A DNA stretch of 64,000 nt from Chlorokybus atmophyticus. Its lineage: Eukaryota; Plantae; Mesostigma and Chlorokybus algae. Below, one piece after another: positions 46,800-64,000 of this stretch. Position 1 is the stretch's first letter; every line of letters begins with the position of its first letter. The stretch spans positions 940,585 to 1,004,584 of the forward strand of contig RHPI01002262.1 in the NCBI GenBank assembly GCA_009103225.1. Direction: 5' to 3'. The translations under genes were made by a program, and so were the position numbers. A model generated the notes under the pieces. That model made no database searches, was not told where the DNA came from, and worked only from the letters and a program-made list of their open reading frames with translations.

Positions 46800-49700
46800 C
46801 TAAGCAGCATCCACTTGGTATTCATGAGCGATAACCAGCGGTGTGGACGCCGTGCACGGCCTCTCTTCGGACCACAACTCCAAGCTGACTGTGTCTCCTG
46901 ACCAATGCAGCATGCATTTGTTCACTTGCGTGACATCGAATCGGTTGGTGAGGGTGTATCCCCTCTCTGTATCAATGAGCTTCCACACGCCGTTGGGCCG
47001 CGAGTCGCCCGTGAGGACGATGTCGTTGCCGTCGCCCCCGGATGTGGACGTTATGGTCACCTCAGAGCCGTCGAGCGCAACAAACTCTATGGCACCGGAG
47101 GTCTCTGTGGCGCACTGGAATGTCGGGTGCACTCGCAAACACACGGGCCTGCCCAAAGGGTGTGTATGTAAGCGAAGCAGGTTTGGACACACACGCAAGC
47201 ACACACACACACAAAAACACGCGCACAAAGACAGAACGGTACAGATGAGCACACACACGCTCGCGCACAATGTGTTTGTATCAATGTCTCACCTTGAGGC
47301 TCCTGCGGAGCCTGCGCCAACTGATCTTGCTTCAATGGAGGACGTGATGCGCAGCGTGTTGGGTCCAAGGTTGCCGCCGAGGTCATACTTGCGCGCAAAA
47401 ACGAGTCCGCCGCTGAGCTCGGCTTCCATGGCAAGGTAGCGTCGGTTGTTGGGGAGGTCCAGCTCGGTGCTCACGGGGACGTACGCCTCCGTGCAGCCAG
47501 CGGAACGGTACTCGTGCGTGCTGTACTCCTCATAGCTGCACGTGTTGGGGTAAGGTGAGCGTACTTGCACAATCATACAGGACAGTTCAGTTGAGGAAAT
47601 CTGTCATCACTTACCCGCCGTCGTACCAATTGGATGACAACAGCTCGATGTTGTTGGGCCCGAACAGCATGCTGCACAGCCGCCCTCCCGCAAAAGGCGT
47701 GGCCTGCACAACAAATGAACAAAGCGTCACTCCAACATACACGTAAAGATGCACACACGCACACACACGAGTGCAGGCATGCACACATACACACATGCTC
47801 CCCCGTCACAGCAGAGACACCTACCACCAGCTTGATGTCCCTCGTCTTCATCTCCACGCGCTTGGGGGCCTTCTTCGCCCTCGACCTCACCTCATCCCGC
47901 AGCGGGATGTACTTATCTGCCTCGCGCGCCTCATAGGCAGCATTCTCCGCACGCAAGTGCGCCACATCCTCATCGCTTGGAATCTCCACCTTGATTGTGG
48001 ACCCGTCTTTACCCGAAGCAGTCACCTCCGCACCCTCACCTAACAGGAGTCTCACAACGACTTCACGCTCGGGACGGGGAAGCTTGCCTTTGTGAGAGCC
48101 CACTTTGACCTCCACAGTCTTCGTCTTAGCCAGCGGGCTGATGTTGGGTACCGTGTGTGCCTCATATGTGGTGATGAGGTACTCCTCGTTGGTACCATAC
48201 TCGAACCCGTCACCGGCATCTTCGTAGAGCTCACCCGAGGCTTTGCCACGCTCGTCGAGTGCAACAATGAGTGTGAGTGGGTCAAGCGGCTTCTCGTCGA
48301 CGTGTTGTTGTGTCGGTCCAGCGGGTACGACACACCCGTGATGCAGATACATGTGGGGTAGCTCTGGATGAAAGTCGTCAAAGTGGAAGCGTGCCCACCC
48401 GCTCGAGGCGGGTAGACGCACCTCCGAGGCAGGTTTGGGGTCTCCGCTCCCAACATTACACGCCACGAGGACGGGCCCGAGGAGATACGTGTCTTCAACG
48501 CCACGCAGTGTTGTGTCCTTCGGATCCGCGAAGAATGCGGGTGTCATGACGGGTGCACCCGTGGTGTGAGCGTTGTGGAACAGCGTGTATATGTGGGGAA
48601 GGAGTCGGTACCTCCTCGCTATAGCACGGCGTGAGATCTCTTCCACCTCGGCACCGAACGACCACGGCTCTTGTTCCACACTACCCTTCTCCGAGTGCGT
48701 GCGTGAGAATGGCAACAGCGACCCGAGTGCAATCCACCGTGCGTAGAGCAAAGGTCTGCAATTCCCACCAAACCCGCCGATGTCAGGGCCTGAAAAGGGT
48801 TGTCCCGACAACCCGAGGTTGAGACACATGGGGATGGAGTACGCGAGGTGGTCCCAGTCGGACACGTTGTCTCCCGTCCACGTGGCGGCGTAGCGGTGTC
48901 CTCCTAGAAAGTTGGCGCGCGTGAGCACGAAGGGCCTGTTGTTGGGTTTGCCCTGCAACATGCCCTCGCGCGTGGCACGCACCATCTGCATGCCAAACAC
49001 GTTGTGGTACTGCGCGTGAGGCCCACGACCACCTAACTCCTCATCTGCACGATGAACATTGTCGAGAGGCATGGTCTTAGAAGCCACTCTAAACACCGCG
49101 GGCTCGTTCATATCATTCCATATGCCGTCCACGCCACGTGACATAAACGACGCCACCTCACTCGCCCACCACTTGCGCGCATCCACGTTGGTATAATCGG
49201 GGAAGGCGCACATCCCAGGCCACACCTCGCCTTGATACTCAGACTTCCCGTCTTCGCGTTGGACCCACGCTTTGTTCGTGGAGCCGGACTCGTATACAGA
49301 GTAACCCTTCTCGGCTTTAATCCCGGGGTCGATCATCCACACAGCGCGGAAGCCCGACGCGTGTAGCCGTGAAGCCAGGCCCTCGGGGTCGGGGAATTTG
49401 GTTGTGTCGAATGTGAAGCAGCGGAAACCGTCCATGTAGTCGATGTCCATCCATAGCGTGTCGCAAGGGATGTTCCGGTCCCGAAAACCCTTTGCTATCT
49501 GCACACAATGTACATGTCACACAATTTTTTGTGTACGCGCAACATGAACACGTGTAGATACAACTGTGACTGGTGCCCACGCTGCTCACCACGACCATGA
49601 CTGCGTCTGCCTCTGTCCCAGCAAAGCCAGGCTGCAGAGAGGAGAGCTAAGTTGCTACGTGCTTGCTTTGCACATTATCTCACTAACACGCACGCGACCA

Positions 49701-51292
49701 CATTGCTTAAACCCGCTCACCTCCAAGACTTGCGCGTCCGGCTCGTACGACCACCTGCACTGGTGGTACCCCACCGCCCACTTGGGTGGCATCGCCGGCA
49801 TTCCTGATAACAAACATTAATCCTTTCAGTTACACACCATCATTTTCGCCCTTGTAGTCAGCGTTTATGTATGATGCTCACCGGTGAATGTGCATAGCGA
49901 CTTGACCACGTCTTCCGGATGCGAGAACGGCCCAAACACGACCACGGGAAAGGGCTGAGACTTGACAGCAAAGCGGATCTGCTTGGCGTCCCTCAAATCC
50001 ACCTGTAAACAATCCACATACCGTACACTTATTTTCATGCATTTGGAGCAATAATTTGGGGATAACAATGCACGCATCGGGTCGTGCGCGCGCACACTCA
50101 CACCTCGCACATATAGGTTGTGTCAGCGAGGACGCCGATAGAGCGGCCGTCAGGCAAGAGGGCCAGAACCCACGGATGAGACTGGTACAGGGCTGGCGTC
50201 GTGGCGTCATAACCATACGCGTCCGTGTTCCACGTCTCCACCTGAGAGAGTGTACCAACCCAGGTTAACCAACTGTTGCAGTCATATGTGTGTGTTTGTC
50301 AATGGCTTGGCTGACGGCATGGTTAGTCGGCAACCAGCGCTGCACCACTGTCAAAATGTCTGACCTTTTTGCCTGTGCGCAAGAGTGTGCCCGCCACTTC
50401 ACCTGTGCCGTAACATGACGTGCCTTCCGGCAACTGTTTTCGCGCAAACGCTAGTATGAGTTGCCACAATCACCTCACAACAATCACAACAATCGACCAC
50501 TGACGCTTGGGGCCATGCATGCACAAGCACCGATGTGCGTGCACACCCTTGTATGATGCCACTCGCACGTGTGCACGCACGCACGCATAGCCATGCATGC
50601 GCACACACACATGCTTGCACACGCACACCCACCTGGATTTTGGCGACATATCTCTCCCCCTCTTTGCTGAACGACGGCAGAAACTCTGGCTCCTGACCCT
50701 TGCTGTTGCTGTTACCATCGACCACTACACCCTCTCCTTCCCTGACCTTATGGTTCTCAAACGACACTGACGGCGGGTAGGCGGCATCTGCGGCGTGGTC
50801 GAAGCGCACAACATCGGGCGCAATGCGCGCAAAGGAGGCGGGAGCGGAAACCATCGCGGGAGCGGAGGTCTGCACTGACCTTTGCTGCTGCTGCTGAGAA
50901 GGACCAGGTGGGAGCCTGTGCATAGGGCGAGAGTATATTTGTGAACGGATTACACGATGCAAACATTCAATGATTGTTTCAACTGCATGCCAGCGTGAGC
51001 ATAGCAGTAGCTGACATGCATGTATTCCGACATGACATGTGCATGTTAGCGACGTGCATGCACTTCAGTGTGTATGTGTGCGTGAGCGTGTGACTGTGTT
51101 GCTGAGTGAATCGCGAGTTGTGTGTTAGGAGCTCATCGCTCACCGTGCTGTTGCACTCAGGCGGAGTTTGGGGTGCTCGACGGCCGTGAGAGGTTGTGTG
51201 TGGGGGAACTGTCTATTGGTGAGAAGCTCACGGATCCCTCTGAGTCCGTGAGGGAGACGGAGGCCACCGCCGCCGGCGACGCCCCTCAGCAT
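46800..51292 (-). CDS. HGL1: GH31 alpha-glucosidase, plant heteroglycan glucosidase 1 type, with a predicted plastid transit peptide
   Basis: IPCDTLWMDIDYMDGFRCFTFD, GIWNDMNEPAVF, RYAATWTGDN, QPFSGPDIGGF, LYEDAGDGFEY, plus the plant-type C-terminal region YEEYS..EYRSAGC...LRVHP...LELWSEERP. Confidence 0.9.
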
Positions 51293-52116
51293 GCGGCGGC
51301 GGCGGCGGAGGTGCCAGCAGTCAACCAGAAGATCGCCATCAGGATGCAAACGGAACACACCTCGTCCAGGAGGCGCAGCTCCGGCCGCTTCATGAGACTT
51401 TTCACCTCCATACCGACGACGACGACGAAGAGGAAAACCTACCTCGCCGCCGCCGGCGCCGTCGCCAGCCACCACCACAGCTATGCCGACACCAACCGCG
51501 GCAATGTTTGCTACAGTAGCGATATCGGCCCACTTCGCCAGGCGTGCGCGCCGGCTGCGGTGGATATCTCTCTTGTTCCGACCGGTACATCCAACGATTG
51601 TTCGCGCTCTTGCATTTTTCGTTTTGACCGTGGGATGGCCAAATTGAAGCTACCTGGCCAGGTTGTCAGATCGTGACGCGGGAGATTCGCTGAGCACGAC
51701 AGTTACAGCCGGTAGCGTTTGGTGGCTGAGATTGGAAACTAGTGCCTGACACCGGTCACGCTGGGTCTGATGGCCCGACTGTTGCAGGCGGGCATGTCAT
51801 GATGATGTTTGCGGCTGATATCAGTCAGGACAGTACAAGGCTTGAAGACGTGCCACATGGCAGCTACGTCGCTAATAGAAGGCGGCTCAGCGTATGTTGT
51901 GCGGGTTTGACCTAACAGTGTATGCGATGGGCCGGCCTGGTAGCGGTTGCGACTTTACGTAACGTTCAGCAGTTGAGGTGACCGCGTTCAAGGCTTAGCA
52001 CGTCGAACCGCGGTCCAGTAACTGCAGTTTGGGGGCGTTACACACTTGCTCTCGCTGCATGCACGGCGGACGACATCGCCAACGACAACGAGGAGGAGGA
52101 GGAGGAGGAGGGCGGC

Positions 52117-57002
<4,886 letters not shown>

Positions 57003-57236
57003 TCTGTGCATCGTGAACACCCACCTCTGGACAATACCAAAGCATGAGCACAGCAGTCACCCTCAAGACAATGCATCAGCTGCTTGATGCAACGCAGACG
57101 CTCGTCGCAAAAGTAGGTGCTGTACTTAATGAAGTACAAGAATGGTAGTACATGAATGCACTTTGCAATGTGCAAAGTGTTTTGGTCCGTGCTGAATGTG
57201 CGCATACTATATAGTGCCATATTTCACTGCGTGCCG

Positions 57237-59048
57237 CTATTCCTCGTGCAAAGTGGGTTCGTATTCTACTGGCCAGAGCCGTTGTGTGATGTCTTTGAGG
57301 TAGGGGTGCAGCTGAGAGATGTCGGGCAGCTGCGGGCGGATAGCAGCAGGTATCTGTGGCAGCATCAGTGACATTGGCGGCATCTGGGGCAGGTATACTA
57401 GCTGCGCCAGGTACGGCCATGGCGATATCGCCGTCAATGGCACGAACTGCACTGCGCTCACACCCTCAGATATCGGTTCCATGGTAGCAAAAGAAGAATC
57501 ACCTGTCTCCCCGATACACGTCCCGACGAAGTTGTCGCATGCGTACGCGACGATGAGGCCGCAGACAATGTCGATGCTGTAGTGGCCGCGCGATGCGAGG
57601 AGTCTGATGCACTGCAGCGCGTTGATGATGTCGTTGATGCACACGAGGCGGTGATGCTTTGTGCGTCTAAGCTCGAGGGAGGCCAGCAGCGAACCCGCCG
57701 CGTGACCCGAGAAGAACAAGAAGAATGGGGAGTTGCCAGGAGGGAAGTCTACCGCAGACCCCAAGTGCTCCTGTTGTTGGGGCGCGCGCGCGCGCGCGCG
57801 TGTGTGTGTATGTGTGTGTGTGTGAGTGTGTGCGTGTGCGTGTGTGGGAGTATTTGTTGGAAGTGTCGTATGTTGTGAGTGGGTGGTGTGTCGGGAATAC
57901 CTGAGGGAGTGGGAGGCGGGTGACGAAGCCGCAGAGGCCACGTACGGCATACATGAGCACACCTGAGAGCAGCACGCGCGGCTGGATGGTGCCGCCGCAA
58001 CCGCCCAGGAAAGAAAGCACGATCATGCCCACCAGCATTACGCCCACATACACCTGCGCAGCATAAGCTTACATCACTGCGTGCAACATGTGAGACAGGT
58101 GCCTACGAGCCCCGCGCACAAGCTCGTGCATGCACTCCCACACATGCGCGTGCCCAAGTTCGCACGCACATTCACACACACAGGGCATCAACTACCACGC
58201 ACAGTGTTGGCAAGGGCGAGGGCGGCGTTGAGTGCAGGGCGGACAGCGAGAGCGGCGTGCAGGGGTTTGGTGAGGGTGAAGCCAACGTCGGCGGGCTCGT
58301 GGTGCGGGGGCAGCATCGGCATCGTCATCTCGGCACGCAGCAATGCCGTGCCTACACGTGACGACCAAACATTCACTTGGGGATGAACACCTCAACAGTG
58401 TTGGCGCGACACACAAACACAGAGGGTTCAAATCACGGATTGTGGCACTTCTTAACTTGAGTAAACAGAGAATTAGCATCGCACATTAAGGACCAAGCAC
58501 TTGACATCACAGCATTGCCCCTCTGCATCGTGTTCACACTCAGAGCCCTGTCGACACATATCTCCGTCGCAAGCCTGCGCTATCTTGTTTCCCTGGTCAC
58601 CATGGAGTTATTGAATCATGCCATGTAACCGTAACGTCGTGTTGTGTGTGGCAACCTCTCCCTGAGTGGCCTGTGAGCGGTGGTGCATTGCCTTACCGAC
58701 GACGGCCAGCAGGGCTCCCAGAAGGACCCCTCGGCACGACAATGCCGGCATCCTACCGACCGCCATGACGGCGTCTCCGCCATCGACCTTGCTGGCCAAC
58801 AAGCTTCCTGGCGCCTGCTTGGGCTGCTGCTTGCTCTGCTGTTTGCGCGCGCCCTGCTTGCCCTCTCCTTTGCGCTGCTGCTGCTGCCTGTCGATGGGTG
58901 ACACCCGCAGGCTAGTCACCAACATCTCTCCGCCTTCTCCTCCCCGTCCCCGTCTCCCGCCTCCTCCGCCTCGTCCGCCTCCGGCTTCGTCGTTGCCCTG
59001 AGTATGGTGACAATAGCTTCGGGCTGATGTGGCGGGAGGACAAACCAA
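57237..59048 (-). CDS. ROD1: Phosphatidylcholine:diacylglycerol cholinephosphotransferase (PDCT); start uncertain
   Basis: EPADVGFTLTKPLHAAL..RPALNAALALANTV...VRGLCGFVTRLPLPQEHLGSAVDFPPGNSPFFLFFSGHAAGSLLASLELRR...LQCIRLLASRGHYSIDI, closely following the recalled Arabidopsis ROD1 sequence; ends in TAG. Confidence 0.88.
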
Positions 59049-60954
59049 ACTGGCAAAGGCCGTCGGCGCGATGCCGTCAAAGTTGACAGACGGTTGCTGT
59101 GGGCTTTGTTGACGGCGGTCAAGTTGTAAACTGTGTTAAGGGCGCCGTTAGCGATCAAGCGAGCTGAATATGCCCGGGTGCGATGCGATGGAGGGCATTC
59201 GCACTGCGCGACCCCGTCATCATGTCACGTGACGCCCCTTTCCGCGGGCACAGAAATGGCCTCGCTGACGTGGCTCGCGTGCACTCCTTGTCAACATAAA
59301 GAGCGCGCGCTGGCTGGCGATTTGCTGCCCGCAACTCCGGCCTGCGTCGGCGTAAGAATTGTCACACACCGGTCAATAGCCGTCAACTCATTGTTCACCC
59401 TCGCAGGTCGCGCGACCGGTCCACCGGCGCTTCCCGGCGCAGTGCAGTGAGTGGTGTGGCTGATTTGGGCCGTTGGTTTTATATTATAGCAGTATTATGC
59501 ATCTTCAATAGGACAGGTTCATGCTTTTATGTATCTACTTAATGCTAGATTTCCTCTGCTGCTGTGGCTAGGCCGCATACCATTTGGGTAAATGATATGC
59601 AACCGCTGTGACGCGGTGCACCCTGCAAGAACCGTTGCATATTACCAACACAAATGATATACGGCTTAACGAGATGAACCATCTGCGTGACTGTGCATGT
59701 GAGATTAAATGCGTGCGTGCATGTAAGCGTGCATGCGTGCGCGCTTGCAAAAGTGTGTATGTGTGCAAGTGTATGTGCATGCTCGTACTTGTAAAGGAGT
59801 GCTACCTCTACGAAGGTTCCCCGCCCTTATATATCAAATAAGGGTCTCAATGGGTATATACAGCAATCGAGCCGTATTAGGGCCGTTGACCTAGTGTTAA
59901 GGCCCTAATGTAGTGTTACTTGTTCGTAAATTTGATATCGACATGGGACTCATGTCCCATGTCGATATCAGCAATATGGCGGCATTGCTAACGCTGCAGC
60001 CATAGCCATCGAATCTTCTGCTTCGGCGGTTGCCCCTGGCGGCGGCGGTGGAGTACGGCGTGGCTGGAGGTGGTGTTGGGGTAGGGGATTGAAGAGAGGA
60101 GGTAGCACCCCCTCTCCTTACATTGGTATCGGAGCAAGGCCGGCGAGGGGTCTGTGGGGGGCGACGATGGCTTAGGCGGCTGTGTGGCGGCAGGCGGCAG
60201 CAATTGGCAGCAGCGGCGGCGGCGGCGATTAGCAGCCGCTACCCACTTGGCTAGGTAGTGGTGGTCGATACCTAGTTGTTGTTGGTGGTGGTGGTGGTTG
60301 TAATAGTAGTCGCTGTTGCTGGTGTAGCTTAGCCATGCTTGTTTGCTTAGCCTAGCCTAGCCTGGCCTAGCTTCCTGTTGGGGGAGGCGGCCACCGAAGC
60401 TTCTTCTGTAAGCATTACATGCCCATCACAACATATAGTGAATCACAACAACATTGAACACTTGTGTGTGCTTTTTGGCTTGCCACCACGTGGTGGTGTG
60501 AAGGGTTTGAATTTGGTATTTTTACATTATCAACCCTTGTGAGGCAGTGCGGTGGCAACATCGGTTGTCGTGCCGCTAGTCAGTGCGGTGGGGCCGCCAG
60601 AGCAATTTTGCGCGGCCGATATTAAACTCACGACTCACATCTTGTCAATATCAGCATGTTAAGCTGATTTAACAAGATTTTGGCACCTTGTGTATCGACT
60701 GCAATTGTGAGTTGAGTTGAGTTGTATAAAGTGAAAACTTGAGTTACTATAAATTGTAAACCATCGCGTGAATTTGCGTGCAGTTTGTTTTAAAGCAAGT
60801 CTTTAGTTGAAAGGTGTGTGGAGAGCTCTTGTTTGAGCTGAATGCTTCATATTAAGCTCTTGAAACTTGACGAGGCCAAATCAGCAGATTATGACACTTT
60901 TCAAATGCACAACTTGTGTGTTTGTGCACTTGCACATCCATTATTGATGGGCAT

Positions 60955-62401
60955 ATGTCTGACCGAGGAGAGGAAGGTGTGGGGTATCCTTCCATAGCGG
61001 AGAAGTTATCATCATACGAGCCATCTACTGATGAGGAAGTGAAGGACTCGGATACGAGTGAAAGCTATAAGCTTACTGGCAATGACAAGGAAGAAGAAGG
61101 CATGCAGAAGAGCAATGCTTCTCTCAACCAGTCTTCTCAAGGTGGACCAGTGGACTCTTAGAATGTCATTGGCGGGGCCATTAAGAAGTATGCCTCATAG
61201 CGTAAGGCTCTGCTTGCTGCCGATCCTCACCTTCGTCAAGAAATGTGGGATGCATGGGCGCAAAAGGTTCGTGATGGCTATGAGACAAATTCTGCCACGC
61301 TCCGTCGCGCAAGCAAGCAGACGGTGATCCGCATGCTTTAGCACGAGTTGACGAACAACATCCCGCCACTTGTGCGAGGTGATCTGAGAGTGGTTGCTCT
61401 CATGACCATATATAATAAGCCACTTCCATACGAAGGGAAGCGCATGTCGTTTGAGGCTTTGGCCAACTTGGTGGTAGAAACCTCACAGCGTTGCAAGGTC
61501 GTGTTCTGGTATGTGAGATCGGACTTGGAAAACAAGTTGACAGATCGAGTGAAGTTGGCGGCACGCTTCGATAAGTAGTCTGAGTTGGTGGCGCTGCGCT
61601 AACAAGTGGCGGGTGCTACTTCAGCAGTTGGTGCATCAACGGGGTTGTTCATTACGACGCTGAACAAGCCTGAGAAGTTCAAGCCCAATGGCAGTGTTAG
61701 CATCCATAATTGGGTGGTCACTGTTGAGGACTACTTGACAGCGCTAAAGCGCCCAGTTGGTGAGCACATTGCTGCTCAGTTGCTCATGCGATCTGACGCT
61801 CTCGCCGAGTCGGCGAGGCAGACAGAGAATGGTGTGGCCAAGACAGTGGAAGCGCTATTCAAGTTCTTGTGGAGCGCTATGGTGGCATGATCCGCCTACT
61901 CAAGCTCGCAATAAGCTCAACAAGTTGCAATTGAATGGCCGGGCGGCTTCAATCTATCTGTAGGAGTTCCAAGCATAGGTGGGTCGCAGGAATAGTGGCC
62001 TCATGCCCATGAACAAGGCTAAGCAGTGTGAGTTGTACAAGCGCAACTTGGATGCGCGTGTGCGCGATCAGCTGCGATACAACACAGCAACGGGACTTCC
62101 TTGGATTCTAAAGGACTTGGCTAGCGTGCGGAAGTTGAACGTGTATATGTACAATAATGACACAGCGGTGCGGGAGAAGGCACATGTGGCAGCTGCGGCC
62201 AAGCCGCAGAGGGTGGGAGGAAAGCGTTACCTTCAGCCGAGTGCGCACACGGCGAAAAAGGCGAAGACATTCACGCCTCATACTGGTGGCACATCTGCTA
62301 GTGGTGCTACACCAGCTGCGGCTCGCACGTGTTACGTCTGTCATCAATCGGGTCACACTGCGAAAAACTGTCCCGCCAAGAAGGGCAAGAAGGTTGAATG
62401 A
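60955..62401 (+). pseudogene. Gag with CCHC zinc knuckle; seven in-frame TAG/TAA stops and one frameshift
   Basis: KPEKFKPNG, QARNKLNKLQL...IYL*EFQA*VGR, CYVCHQSGHTAKNC. Confidence 0.8.
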
Positions 62402-62819
62402 AATTACGCCATGACCAATGTAGATGCGCTCATAGCCAGTTGCTTGAGATGCAAACAGCAAGTTGGTTTGATGATGTGTTTCAAGTGCATGTAATCACAC
62501 ATGCATGGCAAGTTGCCACTCTTTGATGTTGAAAAAGTAGAAGAGAATGCTTGTGTGCTGGTACATATGGAATATAACACGCTTACCGATGTGTTGCATG
62601 CATTAACTGAGTTGCACAATTAAGTACGGAACCTTCAGTATGGTGGAGATGGTGCCCAAGTATTATGGCCCATAATCGAAGCATATTCCGGAGGGGGTCT
62701 GTGTTGAAGTAATTTAGCAAGTCATGAAACATGGACAGTGCCGTTATCAACAACATTAATCAACCCTCGCCTTGGTCACGGACTTTAGGCTACATCTCAA
62801 GGACGGGTGGTACCTCTGT

Positions 62820-64000
62820 TGTGGACATGCAGTGGCTCAATGCAGGGTGTAAGCGTATCTTTCTTGATTGGCACTGGTGCAACACACAATTTCGTTGAGG
62901 AATCATTGGTTGTGCAACATGATAGTGTAAAACCTCAGCACTTTCAGCTGCCGGTGCCGGGGGTGCGTTGCCAGTGAAAGGGGAAATAAGAATGAAGGTT
63001 AAGATTGGTAATTATCATGTCACTCTTACTTTCATAGTAATATCCATCGATATATCATGTCGATGAATATGTCTCATGTCTTTATACCACATCAACACCT
63101 GGCAGACGTTGATGTGGTATTAAGACATGAACGGCATGGACATTGAAAAATGATATTGGACACTGACGCACGCTTGTGCACAGTAAAGAAAGGTCGTAAG
63201 CGTGTAACATTGTCTGTGAAAAGGTTGCATAGCTTGGAGCACAAGCAGCCCGACCCTGCGCTACTACTACTTACTGCACTGCAATTGAAATGTGCGTTGC
63301 GCAAAAATACACCGGCTTTTTTGATACACTGGACGTCATAGGACGACTTTGTGCCGGGCAATACAGAAGGTGTTGCAGACATCATTGACAAGTACCAAGA
63401 TGTGTCCTTAAATGAGTTGCTAGGCTTACCTCCTGATCGAGATGTCAGACACACAATACCACTCATTCCGTGGTAGTGAGCCTCCGTTTCGGCCTATACA
63501 TAAGCTGAGCTCAGAGAATGGGGGGAAACTCAGATTAAAGAGTTACCAGAAAAGGGATTCCGAATGAGTCATTGAACCGAGATGTTCACCCGTTCGCGCG
63601 CCCATCTTGTTTGTAATGAAAAAGAATGGAAAGCTGCGCATGTGTGTGGATTACCGTGTTTTGAATAAAATCACGGTAAAGAATCGATACCCGTTGCCCT
63701 GGAATGATGATGTGTTTGATAAACTGTCGGGGAATGCGTACATTGGTACACTGGACTTGACAAATGGGTATCATCACATTCATATTCATCCTTCTGATGA
63801 TTTACAAGACAGCATTTTTAGAAACTGTTTGTGTAACACCTTTAGGCCATTATCAATACAGAACGTTACCTTTTTTATTGACAATTGCACCTGCAGTGTT
63901 TCAGAAGGAAATGAACAAATTCTTCACTGGCATACTTGCCAAGTATGTTATGGTTTACTTGGATGACGTAGTTATCTTCAGTAAAACCAAGGAAGCACAT
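62820..64000 (+). pseudogene. Pol fragment: aspartic protease (catalytic D to G) and reverse transcriptase
   Basis: FLIGTGATHNFV (GGC at 62870-62872), GLPPDRDVRHTIPL, KKNGKLRMCVDYRVLNKITVKNRYPLP, LDLTNGYH, VYLDDVVIFSKT. Confidence 0.88.

Larger units (their letters stand above)
59900..64000 (+). mobile_element. Decayed Ty3/Gypsy LTR retrotransposon, truncated by the window end; LTR limits not defined
   Basis: Gag with a zinc knuckle, then protease and RT in Gypsy order; many stops and frameshifts. Confidence 0.88.

Noticed and set aside
60420-60600. tRNA-Met primer-binding site and LTR 3' end
   Set aside because: TGGTAT at ~60515 is not followed by the expected complement, and the TG...CA candidates are not inverted repeats of each other.

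Overview
Eukaryotic, intron-rich genomic DNA in the standard genetic code, most likely from a green alga with a flagellate stage. This is inferred from plant-type HGL1, ROD1/PDCT, FOLT1 and CGI-58 genes next to ciliary CFAP221-like and polycystin-like genes, which fits a streptophyte alga. The window has three blocks. (1) ~1-17.7 kb is an accessory, partly decayed region built around a spliced Plavaka-type (CACTA/CMC-related) DDE transposase. Neighbours are a zinc finger-Tudor-phage-type C5 DNA methyltransferase fusion, an OTU-like protease gene, a RING-like gene, a DUF6532-like gene and a small coiled-coil gene. Three of its intergenic regions carry dense GTACCAT/ATGGTAC palindrome clusters upstream of gene starts, and a 53-bp minisatellite lies near the left edge. 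(2) ~18-59 kb holds compact host genes: SELENOF with Trp (TGG) at the selenocysteine position, an ABC1 kinase, FOLT1, CFAP221-like, BTB-BACK-MATH, ankyrin, CGI-58, a polycystin-like channel, GH31/HGL1, a TPR + tandem PRMT protein and PDCT/ROD1. Many of their introns are filled with CA/TG/CG alternating repeats. (3) ~59.9-64 kb is a decayed Ty3/Gypsy retrotransposon. All exon structures were assembled by eye, and family assignments are from recalled motif consensus, not database searches.
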